A stretch of DNA of 28,961 bases from Octopus sinensis. Lineage: Eukaryota. How positions within the stretch are numbered: the stretch's first letter is position 1; each line of letters opens with the position of its first letter. Of this stretch, positions 1 to 10,698 are shown in pieces. The translations under genes and the position numbers were made by a program. The stretch is from positions 1-28,961 of the forward strand of contig NW_021824153.1 in the NCBI RefSeq assembly GCF_006345805.1. The letters are read 5' to 3'. Below the pieces are notes generated by a model. It had not been told where the DNA came from and did not search any database. It was given only the letters and a program-made list of their open reading frames with translations.

Positions 1-347
1 AAGAAAGTGAGCAAAAGCTAACCTACATAGACGTTTGAATTCGTAAATCTTCCCTCCAAAATTTTGCCATCCGCACTACAAAAATAGTTCATATTATTAG
101 GAACTATTGGGTGTCCAACTTTGATAGAAATAAGCATTCTTGACTGCTATTTCTATTTTTTTTCGGTATGCGGTCAGCAAACCTGTTGCATGTCCTTTTT
201 CTTATATACAATATATATACTGAACTTTACAGAAGTTCCTGCCGGTAATCGGCTATATTTACATACCGAATTCTACCAGTAAACAATTGGGGTTTTTTTT
301 TAAAAGCCTTTATAGAAATTATTTACTCTTATATATATAATATATAT

Positions 348-378
<31 letters not shown>

Positions 379-397
379 ATATATATAGATATATTAT

Positions 398-553
398 GCC
401 TTTCGCTTGGATAACATCGGTGGCGTGGAGAGGAGAGGCTGGTATGCATGGGGCAACTGGTGGTCTTCTATAAACAACATTGCCTGGACTCGTGCCTCGG
501 TGGGTAACTTTGTAGGTGCAATCCAATGGTCATTCATGACCGAAGGGGGTCTC
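398..553 (+). mobile_element. 3' tail fragment of SINE family E
   Basis: Reverse complement aligns to 25559-25710 (gaccga/ttgcacct...ttatccaa...aaaggc). Flanked by (TA)n. Confidence 0.8.
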
Positions 554-604
<51 letters not shown>

Positions 605-770
605 GGCACAGGCGTGACTGTGTAGTAAGGAATTGCTTCTCAACCACATGGTTCTGGGTTTAGTTCCACTGCGTGGCACCTTGGATGTTTTCTACTATTG
701 CCTCGGGCCGACCAAAGTATTGGGAGTGGGTTTGTCAGACGGAAATTGAAAAAAGCCCTTTATATATATA
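605..770 (+). mobile_element. SINE family A, head plus central domain only
   Basis: Degenerate match to 5016-5180; ends in (TA)n. Confidence 0.85.
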
Positions 771-993
771 GGAGTGGCTGTGTGGTAAGTAGCCTGCTTA
801 CGAACCACATGGTTCCGGGTTCAGTCCCACTGAGTGGTACCTTACGCAAGTGCCTTCTACTATAAACTCGGGCCAAGTCTTGTGAGTGGATTTGGTAGAA
901 GGAAACGGAAGAACCCATCGTATATATATATATATATATCGGTTGTCAACCGATGTTGCGGGGATAACACAGACACACAAACATATATACACC

Positions 994-1078
<85 letters not shown>

Positions 1079-1283
1079 GTATATTATGTTTGTGTTGTCT
1101 GTGTTTATCCCCGCAACATCGGTTGACAACCGATGCGCCGGTGTGTTTACGGTCCCCATAACTTAGCGGTTCGGCAAAGAGGCCGATAGAATGAGCACTA
1201 GGCATACAAAGAATAAGTCCTTGCGGTCGATTTGCTCGACTAAAAGGCATGGCCACGTCAAAAGACGGAAACAAGTAAAAGAG

Positions 1284-1284
<1 letters not shown>
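771..1284 (+). mobile_element. SINE family A, near full length, with internal inverted duplication
   Basis: A-box-like tggctgtgtgg, B-box-like ggttcagtcc, body and gagtaaaa-type tail match 5016-5460. Confidence 0.9.
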
Positions 1285-1315
<31 letters not shown>

Positions 1316-1561
1316 TCCCACATAAACGCACATAAAAAATAATGTCTTGTATTCTGCAGACAAAACAAACGCTTTATTAACTTTTAGTGTTCTAACAATA
1401 CAATAAATAAGAATATAAAGCCTACCACATACGTGTATGTGTGCGTGTGTGTGCATGTGGGCTTGTAAATATATACATATAGTCATATGCATACATAGAC
1501 AAACACATACAGACACGCACACACACGTACGTACAGAAGTGCATCTGGAAAAACCATTTTC

Positions 1562-1660
1562 GTCTAAATAGATATTCAAACAACCTGTTTAGAACAGTAG
1601 AGATCCTATAGGAGGAACTTGGCTGTTCAAAACAAAATTTAAAGAACACATAAGGAAATA
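1562..1660 (+). pseudogene. Decayed GIY-YIG endonuclease-like fragment (Penelope-like element)
   Basis: With one frameshift near 1610 it reads V*IDIQTTCLEQ*RSY(I)GGTWLFKTKFKEHIR, resembling the PLE pattern VY.I.C..C...YIGET.R....R.KEH. Confidence 0.45.
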
Positions 1661-1734
1661 TGAAAAAAAAAAAAATTAAAAATAAAAGAAAAAAACAAAG
1701 GAGAAAAAAAAGAACTTAGTCACGTGTTTAATAC

Positions 1735-1952
1735 AACACAGTTGCGAACGTGTGTGTGTGTGTGTGTGTGTGTGCAAGTGTGTGTGTGTGTGTGTGCAAG
1801 GGTGTGCGTATATATATGTATAGAGATAGACGCGCAAACGTACAGGCACTTGTTAGGTTGATGGAGTACACAAAGGACAGCTTTGTTTGCCAATGATACA
1901 AATGTACACTCACATATGCATTATTTATACATATACATACATATATACGTAC

Positions 1953-1993
<41 letters not shown>

Positions 1994-2059
1994 TATATAT
2001 ATACATGCATATATACACATATATATATATACATACATACATACATATACATATATGTA

Positions 2060-2092
<33 letters not shown>

Positions 2093-2362
2093 CACGCACA
2101 CATACATACATATGTGTATATATAGATGTGTATATATATGTAAATATATATGTACGTATATATATGTATGTATACATATATATACATATACAAATACATA
2201 TATATGCCAATATATATATACATATATGTTTATATGCATAGTTATGTATGTGTATATATACATATATGTGAATATACACCTACAGTAAATATGTTATATA
2301 TACATGGGTTTATATACATATATATATGTGTGTGTGCATGTATTGTGTGTGTGTGCGAATGT

Positions 2363-2397
<35 letters not shown>

Positions 2398-2490
2398 CAC
2401 ATATGTCTTTTTTATATTCTACACATGTGCACGCGCACATGCACACTCACACATGCAAACACACAAACATACACCCACATATACATACAC
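1735..2490. repeat. Compound (TG)n/(TA)n/(CATA)n microsatellite field
   Basis: Directly visible. Confidence 0.95.
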
Positions 2491-2549
2491 CAGTTTGGCA
2501 ATGTTGTAGATAGCTAATGTCTTAAGTGGTACCAACAGTAGCAGCAGCA

Positions 2550-2991
2550 GAAGAAGAAAAAGGAGGAGAAGAAGAAGAAGAGGAGGAGGAGGAGGAGGAG
2601 GAGGAGGTGAATAAGGAGGAGGAGAAGAAGAAGAAGAAGTTGAAGAAGGAGGAGGAGGAGGAGGAGGAGGAGGAGAAGGAATAGGAGGAGAATAAGAAGG
2701 AGGAGGAGAAGAAGAAGAAGAAGAAGAAGAAGAAGGAGAAAAAGAAAAGTTGAAGGAGGAGGGGAGAGAAGAAGAAGAAGGAGGAGGAGGAGGAGGAGGA
2801 GGTATAAGAGAAAAGGAGGAGGGGAGGAGGAGAGAAGGGAAGAAGAAAAAAGAAAAGGAGAAGAAAAGAGAAGAAGAAGGAAATAAGAAGAAGAGAAAAA
2901 GAAGGAGAAGAAGAAGGAGAAGAAGAAGAGAAGAAGGAAGAAGAAAAGGAGGAGAAGAGAGAGAAGAAGAAGAGAAGAAGAAGAAGAAGAA
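2550..2991 (+). repeat. Polypurine (GAA)n/(GGA)n tract
   Basis: About 440 bp almost entirely A/G; followed by (CAA)n. Confidence 0.95.
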
Positions 2992-3216
2992 CAACACCAC
3001 AACAACAACAATAAACCCGATTGTTTTCCAACCTTGTACCACGTAAAATCTGATTATTTTAATTATCAACTTGAATATAATACATTTAAGGATAGATTCA
3101 GGTCAGGCTTTATTAGAAACATCTGTTTAAGACTAATATCGTGACACACACACACACACACCACACACACACACACACACACAACACACACATGCACACA
3201 TACACATATGTATATA

Positions 3217-3696
3217 GCCACAGACGTGGCTGTGTGGTAAGAAGCTTGGTTCTTGTATCATCCTTGTATCATTATCATTCATCCCATTAATGTCTGTGTC
3301 CAGCCCGCAAGCTTCTCTTTGTGTGCTGCCCTTGTGGCAAATTTAATAAAATAAAATAAAGAAGCTTGGTTCCCAACCACATGGTTCCAGGTTCAATCTC
3401 ACTGCGTGGCACCTTACGCCAGTGTCTTCTACTGTAGTCTCGGGCTGCCCAAAACCTTGTGAGTGGATTTGGCAGATGGAAACTGAAAGAAGCCCTTCGT
3501 ATATATGTGTGTGTTTCCTGTCTACCGATGTTGGTGTATTTACGTCCTCGTAACTCAGCGATTCGGCATAAGAGACAGATAGAATAAGTAATAGGCTTAA
3601 AAATAAGTCCTGGGGTCGATTTGTTCGACTAAACAAACCCGTGAAGGTGGTGCTCCAGGATGGCCACGGTGACATGACTGAAACAAATAAAAGAAT
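3217..3696 (+). mobile_element. SINE family A interrupted in its head by a 106-bp insertion
   Basis: Matches 5016-5460 on both sides of 3253-3358. Confidence 0.9.
3253..3358 (+). mobile_element. 5'-truncated non-LTR retroelement 3' end
   Basis: 14-bp TSD aagaagcttggttc (3239-3252, 3359-3372); A-rich tail aataaaataaaata. Confidence 0.8.
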
Positions 3697-3710
3697 ACAT
3701 ACATATATAT

Positions 3711-3818
3711 AAAGTTAATCCAAACAAGAAAGCACAAAAAAACACAACAACGCGAGGACGTGGAACAAATATAGTATTGTTGGACGCTCAGGAAAGAAGG
3801 AAAGGTTTAACGTTTCGA
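3711..3818 (-). mobile_element. PLE-like short repeat, family F, truncated within the HHR
   Basis: Near-identical to 13484-13597; fused to (TA)n at both ends. Confidence 0.75.
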
Positions 3819-3857
3819 TATATATACATACATACCTACATACATACATACATACAT

Positions 3858-4169
<312 letters not shown>

Positions 4170-4204
4170 TATATACATATATATGTATATACATATGCAT
4201 ATAT

Positions 4205-4350
4205 GGGTACAGGACGAATACGAAAACATGGAATACGAAGGTTTTTTGCGAACAACGAAAGAGACAAATGGGGAACAAGACAAGTAACACAAAGAACGAC
4301 CCTTCATCAATTGTCGACTGTTTTATCTACTCCGCATTTTGAGTAATTAC
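4205..4350 (-). mobile_element. (TA)n-embedded dispersed repeat, family I (possibly PLE-derived)
   Basis: Shares acaaatgg..aacaagacaa..aacacaaagaacgacccttcatca.ttgt with 12078-12375. Confidence 0.55.
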
Positions 4351-4904
4351 GATACACACACACCTACACACACATACACACAATTATTAATATCAATATT
4401 AGGGAAGGTATTTCCAAGTCCACAGGGGAGAGAAGTTCAATTTAGTGGTACTAAAGTGAATTACTCACGGTATTATATACATATATATACAGATAGGTTT
4501 AAGAAATAGAATCACCCTCAGCAACTCAATCATCATTGAATGACATTATCCACAATAGGTACATATAGGACTAAATATTAAAATTATCAAAATTAATACC
4601 TTCAATTCTTATTTCAAATCATATACTTTACTACGCGCGTTTCATAACAACATATTCCTTGATATTGCTGAAATAGAATGTCTCTAAATATAATACCATA
4701 TTAAAACGATTATATTGCCAATCATCAGGCGTAGCATATATGAACTTATTTTGCAATTTACATCCTATATAAAGACACGACAAACTAAAATTATATAACT
4801 AGTTGTTGGAATAATTTTACTTTAGTAAATAATGAACAGAAATATGGAATAAAAGTAGGAAAAAGAAATATTAGTAAAAAGAAATGTTAACTTATTTGTA
4901 TTAA

Positions 4905-4950
4905 GACACCTGAAGAAGGCTGGAGGGTATATCAGCCGAAACGTTGTGTT
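4905..4950 (+). ncRNA. Minimal type-I hammerhead ribozyme-like motif (canonical core)
   Basis: Stem I GACAC/GUGUU; CUGAAGA plus extra A; stem II GGCUGG/UCAGCC; GAAA; palindromic (A)ACGU(U); predicted GUU cut after 4945. Confidence 0.7.
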
Positions 4951-5015
4951 AACAACAAAGAAGATGAGGACAAATATCCGTTGAATGTAAATAATGTAAA
5001 TAATGTACATAATTA

Positions 5016-5179
5016 GGCGCAGGAGTGGCTGTGTGGTAAGTAGCTTGCTTACCAACCACATGGTTCTGGGTTCAGTCCCACTGCGTGGCACTTTGTGCAA
5101 GTGTCTTGTACTTTAGCCTCGGGCCGACCAAATCCTTGTTAGTAGATTTGGTAGACGGAAACTGAAAGAAGCCCGTCGT

Positions 5180-5249
<70 letters not shown>

Positions 5250-5460
5250 TGTATTTGTGTGTCAGTGTTTGTCCCCCAACATCGCTTGACAACCGATGCT
5301 GGTGTGTTTACGTCCCCGTAACTTAGCGGTTCGGCAAAAGAGCCCGACAGAATAAGTTATAGGCTTACAAAGAATAAGTCCTGGGGTCGATTTGCTCGAC
5401 TGAAGGCGGTGCTCCAGCATGGCCGCAGTCAAATGACTGAAACAAGTAAAAGAGTAAAAG
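5016..5460 (+). mobile_element. SINE family A, best-preserved full-length copy
   Basis: tRNA-like head with A/B boxes, central domain, (TA)n(TG)n, body, gagtaaaa tail; possible AATT duplication (5011-5014, 5461-5464). Confidence 0.92.
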
Positions 5461-5632
5461 AATTCCTCATCTCTTAAATATAGAATTGTATACACTGTCT
5501 TCGTTTCAATTAATTTTGAAAATAATGAAGAATTCGGTAAAAATATCTGTGCCATTATTAAGCTGGTATTTGGAACGCAAATTGACATGGAATTTTGATG
5601 GAAGATTTTAGATCACTTTAACCCCTTTGTTA

Positions 5633-6013
5633 CCATATTCCTGCTGAAATACACATCTAAAAAATATTGTTACTTAGAGAAATTATAAAATTAGAAACAC
5701 TATGGACCTCAATTATTTATGGCTCTGACAAAGGTGTGTACTTTTAATTGATTAAAGTCAAACAATGACATGTAGATTATATCTGTGTGTTAGGTAGCTT
5801 CCAGTCTTTTTGCTTCTACTACCCATATTTCTGCTGAAATATACAATTAAAAATATTGTTACTTAGAGAAATTATAAAATTACAAACCCTATGGACCTCA
5901 GTTATTTACGGCTCTGACAAAGGTGTGTACTTTTAATTGATTAAAGTCAAACAATGACATGTAGATTATATCTGTGGGTGTTAGGTAGCTTCCAGACTTT
6001 TTGCTTTTACTAC
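5633..6013. repeat. Tandem duplication, two units of 190 and 191 bp
   Basis: 5633-5822 and 5823-6013 align end to end with few substitutions. Confidence 0.95.
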
Positions 6014-6339
6014 CGTTCTCATGATCGAGACTGGTGGTTATTTCTAACAATATCAGTGCTTAATAGTGTCGTCACATCATGTTTTAAATATTTACTTTCT
6101 TCCGGTAAAAGTATGACCTAAGTCCAAAATCGTGGGAAACAAAGTACCAAGATACAAGTCATGATAGACACAATACTTAATCAACTGAAGAGAAGACTTC
6201 ACAATAGCCAACACACACAATAAAATAACGCTATTGTTATATATATTGTCACATAAAATGTTATATATCTAAACCAGTTATAGCTACAACATTTTCCCAC
6301 CGTATAAAACGATTTCCTCCGTGGCGAACAAAAAACGTA

Positions 6340-6430
6340 GGTGGTGAATCAACGGAGTTGTTAGAGCGTAGTATTAAAAAAATTATTTTATTCGTTCCGA
6401 TCCCATGCACTCTGAGTTCAAATACAGCAA
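6340..6430 (+). mobile_element. Degenerate SINE family B-like head
   Basis: ggtggtga...gttagagcg...ctctgagttcaaat resembles the heads at 26792 and 27780. Confidence 0.4.
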
Positions 6431-6685
6431 AGTTTTTAAAAAAAATTATGATCCATGAAATCGCCGAATGAGATAACTTGCGACATTTTCTTCGGCGTTT
6501 ACGGTCTGAGTTCTCAGGTGGTTCAGGTAATCTTCCAACCAATTTAACACCATTTCCTTTGGTTTTGGGGTGCCTTTAGTAGAGTTCAGTATGTTGCAAC
6601 CACTCGGGGTATTTTGGTCTGAGGACAGCTTCTTCCCTTCACTCTACTAAGTTCCAGACTTCCAGAATAATTGGTTATATGTGTG

Positions 6686-6727
<42 letters not shown>

Positions 6728-6740
6728 ATGCATGTATATT

Positions 6741-7471
6741 TACTCTTTACTCTCTTTTACTTGTTTCAGTCATTTGACTGCGGTCATTCTGGAGCACCGC
6801 CTTTTTAGTCGAATAAATCGACCTCAGGACTTATTCTTTGTAAGCCTAGTACTTATTTTATTGGTCTGTTTTGCCGAACCGCTAATTTACGGGGACGTAA
6901 ACACACCAACATCTGTAGTCAAGCGAAGGTGGTGGTGGTAAAGACAAACACAGACACACCGATATATACACACATACATGCATACATACATACATACATA
7001 CATACATACATACATACATACATACATACATACATACATACGTACGTACATACATGCATACATATATACATACATGCATACATACATACATGCATACGTA
7101 CATACATACATACATACATACATACATACATACATACATACATACATACACACATACATACATACACAGCTGAAATTTATAGAAAAACAAAAGATGAAGA
7201 CAGGTGTATGAACAACGAGCAAGTGTATTAGCTTGACTCTCGGGAAAATGAAAAAGCCCTTTACCTTTCGAGCCTACGCTCTTCAGCAGAAAGGAATAAG
7301 AGAAAATAAAGAGAGAATGAAAAATTCACTCTACCGTCTACCAAATTCACTCACAAGGGTTTGATCGGCCCGAGGCTACAGTAGAAGACACTTGCCCAAG
7401 GTGCCACACAGTGGGACTGAACCCGGAACAATGTGGTTTGTAAGCAAGCTTCTTACCACACAGCGACGCCT
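6741..7471 (-). mobile_element. SINE family A, full length, with expanded (CATA)n and nested family-G insert
   Basis: Tail and body 6741-6960 and head 7330-7471 are reverse complements of 5016-5460. Confidence 0.9.
7170..7325 (-). mobile_element. PLE-like family G variant with HHR-like fold
   Basis: Shares tttcgagcctacgctcttc..cagaaag with 4079-4106 and 22564-22591; HHR-like motif at 7257-7294. Confidence 0.7.
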
Positions 7472-7481
7472 ATATACATGA

Positions 7482-7528
7482 GCAAGAGTGGCTGTGTGGT
7501 AAGAAATTTGCTTTCCAACCATATGTTG

Positions 7529-7530
<2 letters not shown>
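7482..7530 (+). mobile_element. SINE family A head fragment
   Basis: gagtggctgtgtggtaagaa...ccaacca. Confidence 0.75.
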
Positions 7531-7575
<45 letters not shown>

Positions 7576-7628
7576 GAAATATTAAATTTCTAAATATCTC
7601 ATAGAGATATGTGCGGGATTGAGCGATA

Positions 7629-7843
7629 CAGTGGTTGTATACTGTCAACTTAACGTGACAGTCCTGTAAGGGAATTACACCACCGTTATTTAGCCCTAGG
7701 AAGCATCGACGAACGGGAATTACACCACTGCTATTTAGCCCTAGGAAGCATCGACGCTTCGTCGATGCTTCCTAGGGCTAAATAGCGGTGGTGTAATTCC
7801 CGTTACGGGACTGTCACGTTAAGTTAACAGTAGACAACCACTC
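7629..7843. mobile_element. Palindromic MITE, Tc1/mariner-type
   Basis: TA|CAGTGGTTGT...ACAACCACTC|TA; arms pair along nearly the whole length; left arm has a 44/45-bp tandem duplication (7668-7711, 7712-7756). Confidence 0.75.
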
Positions 7844-8000
7844 TATATAAATATTAAATTCTGAAAATATTAGATTATAATTCTAAACATTAAATTCTGA
7901 AAATAATAAATTCTAATTCTAAAATATTAAATTTTGAAAATATTAACTTTTAATTCCAATTTCAAATTTATAATTATTTTTCTTGGCATGACTTCGGAGC

Positions 8001-8145
8001 GGGGGTTAGTCGATTAGATCGACTTCGGTACTTATGTTTTATTTTATAGACCTCGGAATTATTAAAGGCGGAAATGATTTCGGTGGGCTTGCTACTAAAT
8101 GCTTGCAAATCATTTATTTTGTCCGACGCACTGAAGATTCAATCA
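8001..8145 (-). mobile_element. Degenerate SINE family B-like fragment
   Basis: Reverse complement gives taagtacc...gtcgatctaatcgactaacccc, similar to 26895-26935. Confidence 0.5.
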
Positions 8146-8387
8146 AATACCACTCCGCTTAGGCTCTGATATCAATCTTTAATTATTTCTGTCAAATTAG
8201 AATTAGGCAAAAATTAAAAAAAAAAAAAGCATATCACATGCTACCGGAAGTAAGTGCATCAACACACTTCTCTCTCCCTTTACACTCGCGCGCGCACACT
8301 CACAAATACACACGCACGAATTTTTCAAGGAAGACTTAGAAGTCACTATCCACCTTTTCCTTGTAATATTTTATAAGTAATCCAAAC

Positions 8388-8668
8388 TAGCGGCTCTCAA
8401 ACTTTTTCGGGATGCCGCCCCCTTGACACCCAGGCCACATTCCTAGTACCCTCACCCCAACTAATCATTACAAACATAGACCTCTTTCTGAAGCAAATTC
8501 AAAGCAACTGTATTTCACCAATAAAAATTAACCTCATGAACCCATTATTTTGTTGCTTTTACATGAATTGGTACCCACATTATCGTCCCACTTTTCTTCA
8601 ACGCCCCCTTCGAACTTACCAGCGCTCCTAGAGAGTTGGGGAAATACCGCCCACTTCGGGAACCACTG
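8388..8668. mobile_element. hAT (Charlie-type) MITE, old
   Basis: Ends tagcggctctcaaacttttt / ttcgggaaccactg resemble CAGTGGTTCCCAAA TIRs. Right flank ctctagag fits the NTCTAGAN target; the left TSD is degenerate (4/8). Confidence 0.6.
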
Positions 8669-9120
8669 CTCTAGAGAAATCTCTGTTTCATGTTAAACTG
8701 CTTTCTGTTACGTAACGTCACCTAAAAGCAAACACATACACACATACATATATACGAATGTGTGTATGTGCGTAGTGTTTGTGGTGGTGTTGGACCATTA
8801 TTTGTTATCAGTTCAACTGACCAATATGTAACATATGGTTCACAATGAACAGCTTGACGAGAATGAAAGAGAACGAGGCGTAAAACATTGAGGACCAATA
8901 AGGACGGTCATAATAAGAGCAAAACAGTCGTTTCATGAAACAACCTTCCAATTATAAATAAATAAACGTAGACACGCCAGCATGGAATAACTGTATAAAT
9001 TATAGCAAATATTCTTTCAAATATGACCTACTTCTTCCTCTAAACTTAAGTTCACGTCTGGGTCGATATTTTTCATTGCTCGTTCCGGTTTTTACCCTCA
9101 AATAACATATTGTTACAGTA

Positions 9121-9601
9121 TTCTTCTTCTCTTCTTCTTCTCTTCTTTCTCTTCTTCTTCTTCTTCTTCTTCTTCTTTCTTCTTTTCTTTTCTTCTTTCT
9201 TCTTCTCTTTCTCTTCTTCTTCTTCTTCTTCTCTTTCTTCTTTCTTCTTTTCTTTTTCTTCCTTTTCCTCCTCTTCTCCTTCTTCTTCTTCTCTCTTCTT
9301 CTTCTTCTTCTCTTCTTTCTCCTTCTTCTTCTCTTCTTCTTCTTCTTTCTTCTTCTTCTTCTCCTTTTCTTCTTCTTTCTTCTTTCTTCTTCTTCTTCTT
9401 TCTTCTTCTTTTTTGTCTTCTTCTTCTTTTCCTTCTTTTTCTTTCTTTTTCTTCTTCTTTCTTCTTCTTCTTCTTCTTTTTTTTCTTTTTTTTCTTCTTC
9501 TTCTTCTTCCTCCTTCTTCTTCTCCTCCTCATCCCTCCCCTCTTCTCCTCCTCCTCCTCCTCCTCCTTCTTCCATCATCATCATCATCATCATCATCATC
9601 T
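9121..9601 (+). repeat. Polypyrimidine (CTT)n/(CCT)n tract followed by (CAT)n
   Basis: Directly visible. Confidence 0.95.
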
Positions 9602-9943
9602 TCATTATTGAGTGAGAGAGTAGTGCATGCCATCAAAGTGACACTGGGGTAAAATATACGAAGCCCAATCTACCCATCATGACTATCCGTCTGATAAGGG
9701 TACACCAGGTACATGCATCACAAACATATGTGCGCGACATGCTGATCTCGTATCAAGATAAACAGCGCATGACCTTTACAGGTGGGGGTCCAGTTAGAAT
9801 TTTCTTCAGATCGAGTAGCCCATTCCGCTCAAAAGGTCCCTGAATAAGGGTTGTTTAAGGATGATGAAACACCAATGTTTCCAGAGGTGAATTATCCAAC
9901 CCCCAAAGAATTCCTCTCAACACATGGCTATGATGTTTCCCCA
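9602..9943 (-). mobile_element. Probable retroposon fragment ending in a (GAT)n/(AAT) tail
   Basis: GC-richer island abutting the trinucleotide tract; single copy here, so the assignment rests on my recollection of similar cephalopod repeats. Confidence 0.35.
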
Positions 9944-10698
9944 TTATTACCTCCGCCTTAGCAAAAGCGGAAGTATTGTTTTCAGTCGTGTTTGTTTGTT
10001 GGCTTGTCATGGACAAGGTATCTTAAGAACCACTGTATGGATTCGGATGAAACTTTCAGGGATGTTTGGCCTTGTGACTGGCACGATCTGATTAGACTTT
10101 GGGTACCGGAAAAGGATTCTGGATTATTTTTCCTGTTCTTTTACTTAACTTTTCAGAGAGGTCAGGTTCATTTTTAGTATTCTCGTTTGCGAGAACAGTC
10201 GAGTTTATTTCAGATATTCTCATTTTAAAAATAGTCTCTGGATAATCGTTAGGAGGACGTTGGTGTTGTCTTGACGGAGGAGGCGCAATGGCCCAGTGGT
10301 TAGGGCAGCGGACTTGCGGTCGTAGGATCGCGGTTTCGATTCCCAGACCGGGCGTTGTGAGTGTTTATTGAGCGAAAACACCTAAAGCTCCACGATGCTC
10401 CGGCAGGGATGGTGGTGATCCCTGCTGTACTCTTTCACCACAACTTTCTCTCACTCTTACTTCCTGTTTCTGTTGTACCTGTATTTCAAAGGGCCGGCCT
10501 TGTCACTCTCTGTGTCACGCTGAATATCCCCGAGAACTACGTTAAGTACACGTTGTCTGTGGAGTGCTCACCACTAATACACTTAATTTCACGAGAAGGC
10601 TGTTCCGTTGATCGGATCAACCAGAACCCTCGTCGTAACCGACGGAGTGCTTCCATCCATGTCTTGACGGAGGTTTGCGCTCTGTGAGTGGTTTTGTT
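9944..10698 (+). mobile_element. Helentron-associated non-autonomous element (HINE/DINE-1-like), interrupted by a SINE
   Basis: 5' TTATTACCTCCGCC with local inverted partner gcggaagt (9967-9974); short (GTTT)n; 3' subTIR gacggaggt (10666-10674); hairpin cgctc-tgt-gagtg (10678-10690); ends in TT. Confidence 0.65.
10281..10659 (+). mobile_element. SINE family C (tRNA-Arg-like head), long tail form
   Basis: 14-bp TSD tgtcttgacggagg (10267-10280, 10660-10673); A/B boxes; (TCCA)n tail. Confidence 0.92.

Noticed and set aside
2419-3069. Long poly-S/P/L/E ORFs
   Set aside because: Arise from the (GAA/GGA)n tract, open in several frames.
5016-5090. tRNA-like sequence (also at 10281, 19290, 23300 and 25947)
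   Set aside because: A/B boxes continue into shared SINE bodies and do not close a full cloverleaf; SINE heads, not tRNA genes.
7668-7756. Direct repeats with internal symmetry resembling a CRISPR array
   Set aside because: Only two adjacent units with no spacer, inside a MITE arm, in a eukaryotic context.
9000-9652. 201-aa E/K/R-rich ORF and overlapping ORFs
   Set aside because: Translations of (CTT)n(CAT)n; no coding evidence.
10361-10687. 108-aa ORF
   Set aside because: Lies within a TSD-flanked SINE; incidental.
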